64,000 bases of DNA from an uncultured delta proteobacterium (GTDB lineage: Bacteria; Desulfobacterota; Binatia; UBA9968), in assembly GCA_963771465.1 (NCBI GenBank), contig CAVYTU010000014.1, positions 352,001-416,000 on the forward strand. Reading direction: 5' to 3'. Made by a program: the position numbers and the translations under genes. Below are positions 19,894-30,860 of the stretch, piece by piece. The notes beneath the pieces were generated by a model. The model saw nothing but the letters and a program-made list of their open reading frames with translations. It had not been told where the DNA came from and searched no databases. Position 1 is the first letter of the stretch, and every line of letters begins with the position of its first letter.

Positions 19894-20865
19894 CTAGATT
19901 CCGGCTTTAACCAGATCGTGCAGATGAATCATACCGAGCGGTTTTTTGCTGCTGACGTGGAGCACGAAGAGAGCAGTGATCGAGTAGCGTTCCATGATCG
20001 ACATCGCTTCCGTAGCCAATGATTCAGCGGGGATGGTTTTAGGATTGCGCGTCATAATGTCTTTAGCTTTGAGTTCGAGGATCTGACCTCTCGATTCCAA
20101 GCTACGGCGTAGGTCGCCATCCGTTATTACGCCGACGAGCTTGCCCTTAGAATCGGCGACGCCCGTGACGCCAAGCCGTTTAGAAGTAATTTCAAAGAGC
20201 GCATTTCTTACCAATGTCTCTTCTTGAACCATCGGCAACTGCTCGTCGCGATACATGATGTCCTCAACCCGCAAGATCAGCCTTCGGCCCAAAATACCGC
20301 CGGGATGGCGCGCCGCGAAATCGTCCGGCTTAAACCCTTTTTGTTCCAACAGTACGACAGCAAGAGCATCGCCCATGGCCAACGCGGCGGTCGTGCTCGT
20401 CGTCGGCGCCAAGCCGAGCGGGCAAGCTTCCTCATTGATCCTGACGTTCAGCACGACCTCGCCGGCTCGGCCGAGAGTCGATTCGGGATTGCCGGTGATG
20501 ACGATCAGTTTGAGCTCATGGAACTTGAAATGGGGCAGCAATTTTAGAATTTCATCGGTCTCGCCGCTATTGGAGACCGCGAGTATCAAGTCGCCTTTCA
20601 TGACCATGCCGAGATCGCCATGCAAAGCTTCGCCCGAATGAAGGAAGAAAGATGGCGTACCGGTGCTGGCCAGAGTCGCGGCGATCTTGGCGCAAATGTG
20701 ACCGGACTTGCCGACTCCCGTGACGACGACTTTCCCCTCGCAGCGTTGAATCAGTTCAACCGCCCGAACGAAATTGTCATCGAGCCGGTCGATTAGCGAC
20801 AGAATCCCGGCGGATTCGTTTTTGAGTACGGCGGCCGCCCGTTGGAGCAACTGCGCGGAATTCAT
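19894..20865 (-). CDS. kdsD: Arabinose 5-phosphate isomerase
   Basis: GVGKSGHI, HGDLG, EACPLGLAPTTSTT, HPGG, two CBS domains. Confidence 0.95.
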   Translation of the reverse strand: MNSAQLLQRAAAVLKNESAGILSLIDRLDDNFVRAVELIQRCEGKVVVTGVGKSGHICAKIAATLASTGTPSFFLHSGEALHGDLGMVMKGDLILAVSNSGETDEILKLLPHFKFHELKLIVITGNPESTLGRAGEVVLNVRINEEACPLGLAPTTSTTAALAMGDALAVVLLEQKGFKPDDFAARHPGGILGRRLILRVEDIMYRDEQLPMVQEETLVRNALFEITSKRLGVTGVADSKGKLVGVITDGDLRRSLESRGQILELKAKDIMTRNPKTIPAESLATEAMSIMERYSITALFVLHVSSKKPLGMIHLHDLVKAGI

Positions 20866-21698
20866 CTCTGCTCGCTTCGCTTGATCAGATCGTCAATTTC
20901 TTTAACGGTCCTGAGGAGGGATTCAAAATTCTCCAGCGCGAGGGAATTGGGTCCGTCGCTCAACGCATGCTCGGGATCCTCGTGAACTTCCATAAACAGC
21001 GCGTCGATACCGGCCGCGACTCCCGCCCGCGCCAGCGCCGGAATATACTTGCGCTCCCCGCCCGAAGCGCTGCCCAAGCCGCCGGGCAGTTGCAGGCTAT
21101 GAGTTGCATCGAAAACGACTGGATAACCAAGCTCGCGCATCACGACCAAGGACCGCATGTCGGAAACCAAATTGTTATAGCCGAATGACGCGCCGCGCTC
21201 GGTGAGGAGAATCTGCTGGTTGCCGGTCGAAAGAATCTTCTCGACGACATTGCGCATATCCCATGGCGCTAGGAACTGGCCTTTTTTAACATTGATGATT
21301 TTCCCGGACTTGGCAACCGCAACGACGAAGTCGGTCTGGCGGCAAAGAAACGCGGGTATTTGTAATATGTCGGCAACTTCTTTAACCGCCGCGACTTGAT
21401 CGATCTCATGCACGTCGGTGAGAACCGGCACGCCGATCTTTTTCTTGATTTGGGCGAGAATCGCCAAGCCTTCGACCAATCCTGGGCCACGAAATGAATT
21501 GACCGACGATCGGTTGGCCTTGTCGTAGGAAGACTTGAAGATGTAAGGCACACCGACGCGGTCGGCTCGTTCCTTCAACGCCGCGGCATGCCGCAACGCA
21601 GACTCCTTGCTTTCCACCACGCAAGGGCCGGCGATCACCGCGAGGGGTCGGCCGCCCCCGATCTCGACGTCACCGGCCGTTACCAGCTTTGTAGTCAT
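20862..21698 (-). CDS. kdsA: KDO 8-phosphate synthase
   Basis: IAGPCVVES, YDKANRSS, QIPAFLCRQT, KKGQFLAP, FDATHS. Confidence 0.97.
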   Translation of the reverse strand: MTTKLVTAGDVEIGGGRPLAVIAGPCVVESKESALRHAAALKERADRVGVPYIFKSSYDKANRSSVNSFRGPGLVEGLAILAQIKKKIGVPVLTDVHEIDQVAAVKEVADILQIPAFLCRQTDFVVAVAKSGKIINVKKGQFLAPWDMRNVVEKILSTGNQQILLTERGASFGYNNLVSDMRSLVVMRELGYPVVFDATHSLQLPGGLGSASGGERKYIPALARAGVAAGIDALFMEVHEDPEHALSDGPNSLALENFESLLRTVKEIDDLIKRSEQR

Positions 21699-21717
21699 GG
21701 AAACAACTAAAGGACCG

Positions 21718-23373
<1,656 letters not shown>

Positions 23374-24147
23374 TCAGTTTAAACGCCGCTTCAAATAACG
23401 CTCCGCCCGCTTGAGATCTTCGGATGTATCGACTTCCACCGAGTGCTCGTCAACTTCAGCCACGTAGATCCGATAGCCGTTTTCCAACGCGCGCAGCTGC
23501 TCCAAACTCTCAGTCCGCTCTAGCGCAGTCGGTCGGAGCCGCGCAAACTTGAGCAAAAATTCGCGCCGATAGACATAAAGCCCGAGGTGACGAAAGCCCC
23601 AAAGCCGGCGCTTGCTGCCGGTTGGTAGTTTCCTGCCGCGCGGATCGACAACGCTGTTGCGCACAAAAGGAATCGGCGCCCGGGTGAAATACATCGCGAA
23701 CCCGGCGCGGTCCGTGAGCACTTTGACGATATTTGGATCATGCCACTCCGCTTCGTCGTAAATCGCCGTGCACACGGTGCTCATTGGTACCCTGCGATTT
23801 TGCCGCAGCGGCCGAACCGCTCGGCTGATCGTCGCCGCGTGAATAAACGGCAAATCGCCTTGCACATTGACCAGCAAATCAGCCTTGATCTTGCGCGCCA
23901 CCTCGGCCAAACGATCCGTGCCGCTGGCATGCTTCGGCGAGGTCATCATTACCTCGCCGCCAAAACTTTTGACCGCGGCTTCGATGCGCCGGTCGTCCGT
24001 AGCGACGATGACGCGGTCCAACACTCTCGCCTTCGCGGCGCTCTGGTAAACATGTTGAATCATCGGTTTGCCGCCGATATCGGCCAACGGCTTTCCCGGC
24101 AAACGGGTCGAACCAAAGCGCGCCGGAATGATCGCGACAACACGCAT
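23374..24147 (-). CDS. kdsB: CMP-KDO synthetase
   Basis: IPARFGSTRLPGKPL, SGTDR, NVQGD, ESLEQLRALENG. Confidence 0.97.
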   Translation of the reverse strand: MRVVAIIPARFGSTRLPGKPLADIGGKPMIQHVYQSAAKARVLDRVIVATDDRRIEAAVKSFGGEVMMTSPKHASGTDRLAEVARKIKADLLVNVQGDLPFIHAATISRAVRPLRQNRRVPMSTVCTAIYDEAEWHDPNIVKVLTDRAGFAMYFTRAPIPFVRNSVVDPRGRKLPTGSKRRLWGFRHLGLYVYRREFLLKFARLRPTALERTESLEQLRALENGYRIYVAEVDEHSVEVDTSEDLKRAERYLKRRLN

Positions 24148-24398
24148 GGTTCACGGTCTAAGTTCAATTAAACCAAATAAATCGGCAACCAAAAGAGCGT
24201 CACATCCTAAAAATAAAAAACCGTAATGGCTTTCCGGGAAAGCGCATCACGGAATTCGATAATACGCTTGGGCTGTCGAGGTGTCAATGTGAATGCGCGG
24301 ATCAAGACACAAGCTGGCGAAAACCTCTCGGCGCTTGACTCAACATTCCGTAATCGTGATAGGAGTAACCTATCCAAAGAAACGGCAGGAAGTTTATT

Positions 24399-25325
24399 AT
24401 GGCAGATTTGATCAAGATTAACGCCGGTTTCGCCACCATCGGCCAGGGCGCGGGACCGATGATGGTGACGTGGAAAGCCGGGCTGTTTCAAAAACACGGA
24501 CTCGACGTCGATCGCCCGCCGGTGATGGGGGGAGCCAAAGGCGTAGTGCGCGGTCTGATGTCAGGGGAAATTCAATTTGGCAATTTGGCCGCGCCGGCGC
24601 CGCTCAGAGCGAATCTCAAAGGCGAGGCGGACGTCGTCTTTCTTACCGGTGGCATCAATCAGCAGTTCGTCATCGGTCGGCCGGGAATCAACAGCCGGGC
24701 TGAATTGGCGGGCAAAAAAATCGGCACGGTCGCCGACGGCGGCATCGGCGATGCGCTGGTGAAGTTCGTAATCGCTAAGCTCGATGCAGCCGGTATCAAA
24801 GGGCTGCACGAAGTGCCGATCGCGCACGGCGCCGAAGCAGAACTCGAGGCGCTGATGAGCGGCAAAGCCGACGCCGTCGTCGGCACGCCGCCGGAATGCA
24901 TTGACGTGATCCGTCATGGGTGCAAATATTTGATCGACTTCGCCGAGTACGGTCTTAACTATGCGCTTGGCGGTATCGCCGGGCGACGCGACTACATCGA
25001 AAAGAATCCCGAAATCACGCGAAAATTCGTCAAAGCTTACGTCGAAGGCATGCACCGTTATCGGACGGACCGAGAGTTTACCGTCGACGTCCAGGCTGAC
25101 TATAGCGGCATCGCCGATCGCACCATCGCCGAAGACACCTACGACCTCACCCAACCCGGCATGCCGCGCGCGCCCTATCCAGTGGTCGCCGCACTGCAAA
25201 CGTTACTCGATTTCATGGCCAACGAATTGCCCGAAGCGAAGGGAGCGGACGCCAATAAGTTCGTCGACCACCGCTTCATCCGCGAGCTGGAAAACAATGG
25301 CTTCATCGCCTCGCTGGCGAAGTAA
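24399..25325 (+). CDS. NMT1/SsuA-like substrate-binding protein
   Basis: AGLFQKHGLDV, ELAGKKIG, IEKNPEITRKFVKAYVEG, FVDHRFIRELE; no clear signal peptide. Confidence 0.75.
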   Translation: MADLIKINAGFATIGQGAGPMMVTWKAGLFQKHGLDVDRPPVMGGAKGVVRGLMSGEIQFGNLAAPAPLRANLKGEADVVFLTGGINQQFVIGRPGINSRAELAGKKIGTVADGGIGDALVKFVIAKLDAAGIKGLHEVPIAHGAEAELEALMSGKADAVVGTPPECIDVIRHGCKYLIDFAEYGLNYALGGIAGRRDYIEKNPEITRKFVKAYVEGMHRYRTDREFTVDVQADYSGIADRTIAEDTYDLTQPGMPRAPYPVVAALQTLLDFMANELPEAKGADANKFVDHRFIRELENNGFIASLAK

Positions 25326-25339
25326 AGGAGAGCGAATGT

Positions 25340-26356
25340 ATGACTAGAACAATGATCAATTTACAAATTGGGCTGTTTTCACTTCTATTGCTGGTCAGTT
25401 CGATAACCCGCGGCCATGCGGCCAGCAGCGAGTCGTTGATCGACGCCGCCAAGCGTGAAGGGGAAGTCGTCTACTACGCATCGATGAATCTCAGCGAAGC
25501 CAACGCGATCGTCGCCGAGTTCGAGAAGCGTTACCCGTTTATCAAAGTGAAGTTGCAGCGCACCGGCAGCGAAAAACTTTTGAGCCGCGTATTGACCGAG
25601 TTCCGCGCCAAGAAAATTTTTGCCGATGTGATCCAGACCGTCGAGTTCAGCATGCATATTTTCAACCGAACGGGCGCGCTGGCGCGTTATCTGCCGCAGT
25701 CGAATGCCGCCTATCCGAAGGAGTTCAAGGAAGAAGGATTTTGGACCACGGTTTATTACAATGCTTATGTCACCGCCTATAACACTCGGCTGGTGCCGGC
25801 CCGTCAGTTGCCAAAAACCTACGACGACCTGCTCGATCCCAAGTGGAAAGGCAAGCTCATGATGGAAGGAACCAAAGCCGATTGGTTCGCCGGTATGCTG
25901 CAGATCCTCGGCCAGGAACGCGGCTTGAAATACATGCGCGACCTCGCCAAGCAGCAGCCAAGCCCGCGTGAGGGGCATGAGCTGTTAGCCCAACTCGTCG
26001 TCGCCGGCGAGGGCGCCTTCGATATCAATATTCCGGCGGCTTCGGTGGAGAGAATGAAAGAGCGCGGCGCGCCGATCGATTGGACCGCGCTCGGCCCGAC
26101 ACCGGCGATCATGGTCGGCTCCGGCGTCGCCACCGGCGCACCGCACCCTAACGCGGCCAAACTGTTCCTGGAGTTTGCGCTATCCCGTGAAGGTCAGAAA
26201 CTGATGCAAACCCCGGGTCGCCATAGCGCCCGCACGGACTTCAGCAACGAGCAGGCCGCCATGCTAAAAGACCTCAAGATCGTCCCGGTCAATCCCGCAC
26301 TGGCGGAAAAGCTCGACGAATACGCTAAACAACTTCGGTCGATCTTCGGTAGCTGA
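25340..26356 (+). CDS. Extracellular solute-binding protein (AfuA/FbpA-like)
   Basis: Signal peptide, AAKREGEVVYYAS, FEKRYP, YDDLLDPKWKGK, APHPNAAKLFLEF. Confidence 0.85.
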   Translation: MTRTMINLQIGLFSLLLLVSSITRGHAASSESLIDAAKREGEVVYYASMNLSEANAIVAEFEKRYPFIKVKLQRTGSEKLLSRVLTEFRAKKIFADVIQTVEFSMHIFNRTGALARYLPQSNAAYPKEFKEEGFWTTVYYNAYVTAYNTRLVPARQLPKTYDDLLDPKWKGKLMMEGTKADWFAGMLQILGQERGLKYMRDLAKQQPSPREGHELLAQLVVAGEGAFDINIPAASVERMKERGAPIDWTALGPTPAIMVGSGVATGAPHPNAAKLFLEFALSREGQKLMQTPGRHSARTDFSNEQAAMLKDLKIVPVNPALAEKLDEYAKQLRSIFGS

Positions 26357-26424
26357 CGACGCTTTGGAGTATTGGTCCTCTCAGTCTTATGAGTCCTATT
26401 GCTAAATTGAAAAAGGAGAACCCG

Positions 26425-27195
26425 ATGCGCTTCATGTTCTTGAACCACTCGGCGCAACGCCACTCGCCCGAGCTCGAAGCCCACATCGCCAAGCTGCTCA
26501 AAAGCTACGCCTCGCCGGAAACAACTTTCGAGCAAGTTTATCCCGAAGATCTCGGTAGCGGCGCGGTGCTAAGCCTGCTCGAAGAGCGTAAAGCGCTCTC
26601 GGGTTTGCACCACATGCTAGAAACACCGGCGCTGGTGAAAAAAGCCATCGAGGCTGAACAACAAGGCTTCGACGCGGTGATCCAAAGCAACACCTTTGAC
26701 CCCGGCGTCGAAGCGAGCCGGCTCGCCGTCCGCATTCCCGTCATCGGTCTGTTGCGCGCGTCGCTCCATTTTGCCGCGACTATTTGCGATCGATTCGGAC
26801 TGATCGTGCCGTTGGAGACCCACATTGCGCACACCCAGAGGCTGGTGCAAACCTATGGCATGTCGGGCTTCGTCATGGGCGTTCGCACCGTCGGACTCTA
26901 TGATACCGGCGACCTGTGGGGTTACCATGACGAGGTGATTCAGCGCACGCTCGAAGTCGGCAAGGAATTGGTCGCTCAGGGCGCGCAGGCGATCATTCCT
27001 CTTGGCGGCAAGATTTATCCTTACGTCGTCACCCCCGAAGAACTGGAACCCCATCTCGGTGTGCCGGTGATCAACACCAAAGCGGTCGGCGTGAGTTACG
27101 CTGAGCTGATGGCGCGAAACAATTTGAAACACAGCATCAAAGCTTATCCATGTCTTACCGGCATGGACCCCGAATCGGTTTCGAAGCGGTTGTAA
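26425..27195 (+). CDS. Asp/Glu/hydantoin racemase family protein lacking the catalytic Cys pair
   Basis: AEQQGFDAVIQSNTFDPGVEASRLAVRIPVIG, GAQAIIPLGG, LGVPVIN; AAGGAG RBS before ATG 26425. Confidence 0.8.
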   Translation: MRFMFLNHSAQRHSPELEAHIAKLLKSYASPETTFEQVYPEDLGSGAVLSLLEERKALSGLHHMLETPALVKKAIEAEQQGFDAVIQSNTFDPGVEASRLAVRIPVIGLLRASLHFAATICDRFGLIVPLETHIAHTQRLVQTYGMSGFVMGVRTVGLYDTGDLWGYHDEVIQRTLEVGKELVAQGAQAIIPLGGKIYPYVVTPEELEPHLGVPVINTKAVGVSYAELMARNNLKHSIKAYPCLTGMDPESVSKRL

Positions 27196-27260
27196 TTAAC
27201 CGCTCGCAGAGATGCGTCCCACAGATTTTGCCAGAAGCCTATTTGGAGTATGACGAATTC

Positions 27261-28355
27261 ATGATTATCGACGGCGACGGTCACTTTTTTGAAACCGAAG
27301 AGATGTTCGATAAATATATGGAGCCGAGTTTGCACAATTATCGGCCGCGCTTGCTGACCGACGAACAAGGCCATAACTTCTGGGTCGTCGATGGCCAGAC
27401 CTCGTACAAAAGGCCAACAATCAAAGGAGCCGGCGCGCCCGGCACCGCCGCACCCCCAGGCAAAGCGCTGCAATCGGCGCGGCGCGCCACGCCTGGAAGT
27501 CAGACGCTGACCAATCTCAAAGAACGCTTGGAAGATCTCGACCGGGAAGCGATCGACTTGCAGTTCATCTATCCAAGTTTTCTGCTCCACGCCAACGCTT
27601 GGCCAGACGGCATTTTGGCCAACGGCGTCTGCCGCGCCTATAACACCTGGCTCAACGAAGCATGCAGTCAAGCGCCCGACCGGCTCAAAGCCGTCGGCGT
27701 CGTATCGTTGATGGATCCTCAAGGCGCGGCGAAAGAGATCACCCGCTTGCACGACATGGGCGTCATGGCGGTGATGATCAACGGCACCGCCGGAGCACGC
27801 CGCCTCGATCATCCGGAGCATGATGGGTTTTTCGCCGAATGCGATCGCGTCAAGATGCCGATCGCTGTCCACTTTAGCTTGCAGTTTCCCTGCGTCGATA
27901 CGCTCTTCGAGCACCACTTTCCCAACCGCGTTTTGGCGGGCATCTTCCCGATCATGGCCGGGCTCACCAGCGTGCTCTGCTCCGGCTTGCTCGATCGCTA
28001 TAAGAATTTAAGGTTCGCCTTTCTCGAAGGCGGCATCAGTTGGGTGCCGGCCCATGTCGAACGCATGGATGACCATTTTGACAATCCGCGTTACGGTGCC
28101 AAGGATCTGCTCAGCCATCCGCCTAGTGACTATCTCAAAACCGGTCGCGTGTTCTTCGGCTGCGAAGGCAACGAGCCTTTCCTCGGCAAGATCGTCGCGG
28201 CAGTCGGCGAGGAGCTTTTCATGTTCTCGTCCGATTATCCGCACGCCGACCGCACCGAGGGAACGGCAACTTTCCTCAAGGATCGCACCGATATCGCCGC
28301 GCCGGTGCGCCAGAAGCTTTTGGCAGACAACGCGCGAAACTTTTACGGTTTGTGA
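27261..28355 (+). CDS. Amidohydrolase_2 family protein
   Basis: IIDGDGH, CRAYNTWL, AVH, FLEGGISW, FSSDYPHAD, NARNFYGL. Confidence 0.88.
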   Translation: MIIDGDGHFFETEEMFDKYMEPSLHNYRPRLLTDEQGHNFWVVDGQTSYKRPTIKGAGAPGTAAPPGKALQSARRATPGSQTLTNLKERLEDLDREAIDLQFIYPSFLLHANAWPDGILANGVCRAYNTWLNEACSQAPDRLKAVGVVSLMDPQGAAKEITRLHDMGVMAVMINGTAGARRLDHPEHDGFFAECDRVKMPIAVHFSLQFPCVDTLFEHHFPNRVLAGIFPIMAGLTSVLCSGLLDRYKNLRFAFLEGGISWVPAHVERMDDHFDNPRYGAKDLLSHPPSDYLKTGRVFFGCEGNEPFLGKIVAAVGEELFMFSSDYPHADRTEGTATFLKDRTDIAAPVRQKLLADNARNFYGL

Positions 28356-28507
28356 TCGACTCGGCGTGACGCTCGTACTCAATGGAGCGTAATCGCGGTG
28401 ACGATTCGTTCGCCATGCCGTAACCACGTCCTTGAGGTCTTAAGCGTTGCATCGTCGTTTGAATCGACTCACTCAGGCCATGTCGATATGTCGAAGGCGA
28501 TGAACTC

Positions 28508-28795
28508 ATGAAAAACGCAATCAATATTTTCGTCGTCGTAGTGACAACCTTAGTATTTAGCAGTGTCTCCTTCGCCCAAGCGAAAACGGCGCTGCCGGTC
28601 ATTCCTGCAACTCCGACGATGCCTGCAATGGAAACGAAAGCGGAGAAGGCGTTCGAGAAAGTCGCGGAAAAAGCCGGCGAGAAGGGCAAGGTCGAAGCCA
28701 AGGCTAAGTCCAAAAAGCCTACCAAGAAGGCGGTTGACGAGATGGCTGACATGGCGAAAGCCAAGATGGAAGAAAAGACGGGTGAATATGGGTAG
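28508..28795 (+). CDS. Secreted Lys/Ala/Glu-rich low-complexity protein
   Basis: Signal peptide ending SFA-Q, Pro linker, KAEKA-type repeats. Confidence 0.7.
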   Translation: MKNAINIFVVVVTTLVFSSVSFAQAKTALPVIPATPTMPAMETKAEKAFEKVAEKAGEKGKVEAKAKSKKPTKKAVDEMADMAKAKMEEKTGEYG

Positions 28796-28921
28796 GAAAA
28801 ACAAGTAATCCGTCGACTTCCGTTTTTTCCCAGGGGCACTCGACAAGCTCGATTGTCCTTTTTTTTGGTACCCGCAACCTGCTTGGTGATCGGCTTGTCA
28901 GCGACCAACAGCAAACCCAGC

Positions 28922-28951
28922 TTGATTTACCCCATCTCGATACTATAAAAT
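28922..28951 (+). promoter_or_regulatory. Putative sigma70 promoter for the zinc-ribbon gene
   Basis: TTGATT at 28922 and TATAAAAT at 28944-28951. Confidence 0.45.
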
Positions 28952-29009
28952 TTCTAACTGTAAGTGGTGCGTTGCGCGGGGTTCGGGTGTGTTGAAAGGA
29001 GGAGTGGAG

Positions 29010-29192
29010 ATGGATCTGCCGAAATGTCAGAAATGCAACAATGGTATTCTTATTCCCCTGTCAGATTACGGCCAGGAGGGCGCCTCGGTAACGTACAAAG
29101 CATGGGCTTGTACTAATCCCGACTGCGGCTTTTCTCTGCGTATCGACAAAGGCGAAGTAACCTACGGCAAGCGCATCGAACCGAAACACTGA
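29010..29192 (+). CDS. Small zinc-ribbon protein (60 aa)
   Basis: CQKC ... CTNPDC; strong AAGGAGGAG RBS upstream. Confidence 0.8.
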   Translation: MDLPKCQKCNNGILIPLSDYGQEGASVTYKAWACTNPDCGFSLRIDKGEVTYGKRIEPKH

Positions 29193-29291
29193 ACGAGAAA
29201 ACGTTGATATTTCTACCGGCGGTCTGCAATTCGGGCCATCGAATCCAGACCCAAACGCGCAACTCTCCAGGACTCCATCACACCATTTTTC

Positions 29292-29948
29292 TTATCCCGG
29301 CATGCTTTGATTGAAGCTTTGAATCGCTCGGCCAAAGAGCTCGCAGCCTTGCTTCAAAGCCGCCAGACATTTTTGCTGTGACTCGGCATCGGTGGCGTAA
29401 CGCCGGAGAATTTCCGGCGCGATCCATTCATGTCCTTCTTCGTCGGCAAGTAGCGTATCGCGATAAATCGACGCCGTTGTCGGATCGATCGGCGTCACCC
29501 GCTCGATGAACGATTTTGACGTGCGCGGAAAAAACTCTTCATGACCGAATTGCACGCTGGCGATCAACTCGCACAGCGATCCCAGCGACGAGTGAAAATC
29601 CCACAGTTCTTTCAGCTCCTTAAGAGGGCTGTTCCACAACGCATCGGGATCGCCGTTGAGTTCGGCGATGCGTTTGCGCAGGATGGCGGTGTGCTTGAGT
29701 TCGTTGACGACGTACTCGGACATCGGTTGTTGCAGATCGAGATCGGGAATCTTGCCCACCCATGGCGCGGTCACTTCCGCCGCTTTGCGCTCCATTACCA
29801 CACCGAACTGAAGCCGGCGCAAAACCACGGCTGCGCTCAACGGTTTCTCAGCGCCGTAGCTTTTGCGTTCGGCATTCATTTTTTCCCAGAATCCTTCGCG
29901 GGTCGCGACTAATTGATTGAGAAATTCTTCCGGCTTCAAGGTTTGCAT
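29292..29948 (-). CDS. Ferritin-like di-iron four-helix-bundle protein
   Basis: E..ExxH..E..ExxH pattern: VMERKAAE, NELKH, GHEE, ADEEGH. Confidence 0.7.
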   Translation of the reverse strand: MQTLKPEEFLNQLVATREGFWEKMNAERKSYGAEKPLSAAVVLRRLQFGVVMERKAAEVTAPWVGKIPDLDLQQPMSEYVVNELKHTAILRKRIAELNGDPDALWNSPLKELKELWDFHSSLGSLCELIASVQFGHEEFFPRTSKSFIERVTPIDPTTASIYRDTLLADEEGHEWIAPEILRRYATDAESQQKCLAALKQGCELFGRAIQSFNQSMPG

Positions 29949-30079
29949 AATTTCCTCGCTTCAACACAACGCTCGGTGATTGACTCCAGGTTTCATTTAG
30001 GTTTTAACAATACAAGAAATCCGACCGCGGTAAAAGCTTGTAAAAAGCGCCGAGCCGAGCCATTTCACAACCATCGCCA

Positions 30080-30823
30080 ATGGAACCCGCGCAAGCCAAG
30101 ACAGTCGTCGACAACCTCTATAAGGACGTCCACACCCACTGGGACAAGACCATCAACCACGGCGAGTTCATGACTCGGCTGCGTGAAGGTACTCTGCCGC
30201 TTCCCTGCCTGCGCAGGTTTTTCAAAGACTGGGGGCTTTTCTCCATCGAAGTCGTCGCCCTCAATGCGGTTTCCTATTACGTCCATTTGCCGTTTTTCGT
30301 CGACAACTTCGATCTACTCGCGCCGCTCTGCGACAAAGTCGCCGAGGAACTGATCTCGCCCAAACCACCGGGGCATATTCTAATCTTGCTCGAAACGGCG
30401 CAAGCGATCGGTCTGTCAAAAGAGGAAGTTTTCGAACAGCCGGCGTCCGCCGCCGGCCGCGCCATCAGCGACTTTTGTCGGCGCGTCTTTCAAGACGGCT
30501 CGATCATCGAACTCTGGGGCGCCCATGTTTACGAAGAGACCCTCGGCCACTGGTCTAAGCAATGGGCCGAGGCTCTGGTCACCCATTACCGCATGAGCAA
30601 ACGCCAGGCGATTTATTTCACCGCCCACGCCGAAGCCGACTTGATCCAACATGAAGATCGCATGGGCCACGGCCCGCTCAATCGCATGATTCTGCAGCGC
30701 ATCTTGGAACAGGGGAGAACCGCAAAAAAACTCGGCTACGATCCGAAATACTGCGCCTTCACCATGGTCGATCTCCAAGCGCTGATGGAGCAGCATGCGT
30801 TGGCCAATCCTTATCCGTCATAA
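30080..30823 (+). CDS. Heme-oxygenase-like di-iron protein (PqqC/CADD/TenA-like)
   Basis: FMTRLREGTL, EEL....GH, HVYEE, YFTAHAEAD...GH. Confidence 0.75.
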   Translation: MEPAQAKTVVDNLYKDVHTHWDKTINHGEFMTRLREGTLPLPCLRRFFKDWGLFSIEVVALNAVSYYVHLPFFVDNFDLLAPLCDKVAEELISPKPPGHILILLETAQAIGLSKEEVFEQPASAAGRAISDFCRRVFQDGSIIELWGAHVYEETLGHWSKQWAEALVTHYRMSKRQAIYFTAHAEADLIQHEDRMGHGPLNRMILQRILEQGRTAKKLGYDPKYCAFTMVDLQALMEQHALANPYPS

Positions 30824-30860
30824 AATTTCATTAGCGTCGAAGTCGAATCAAATAGGAATC

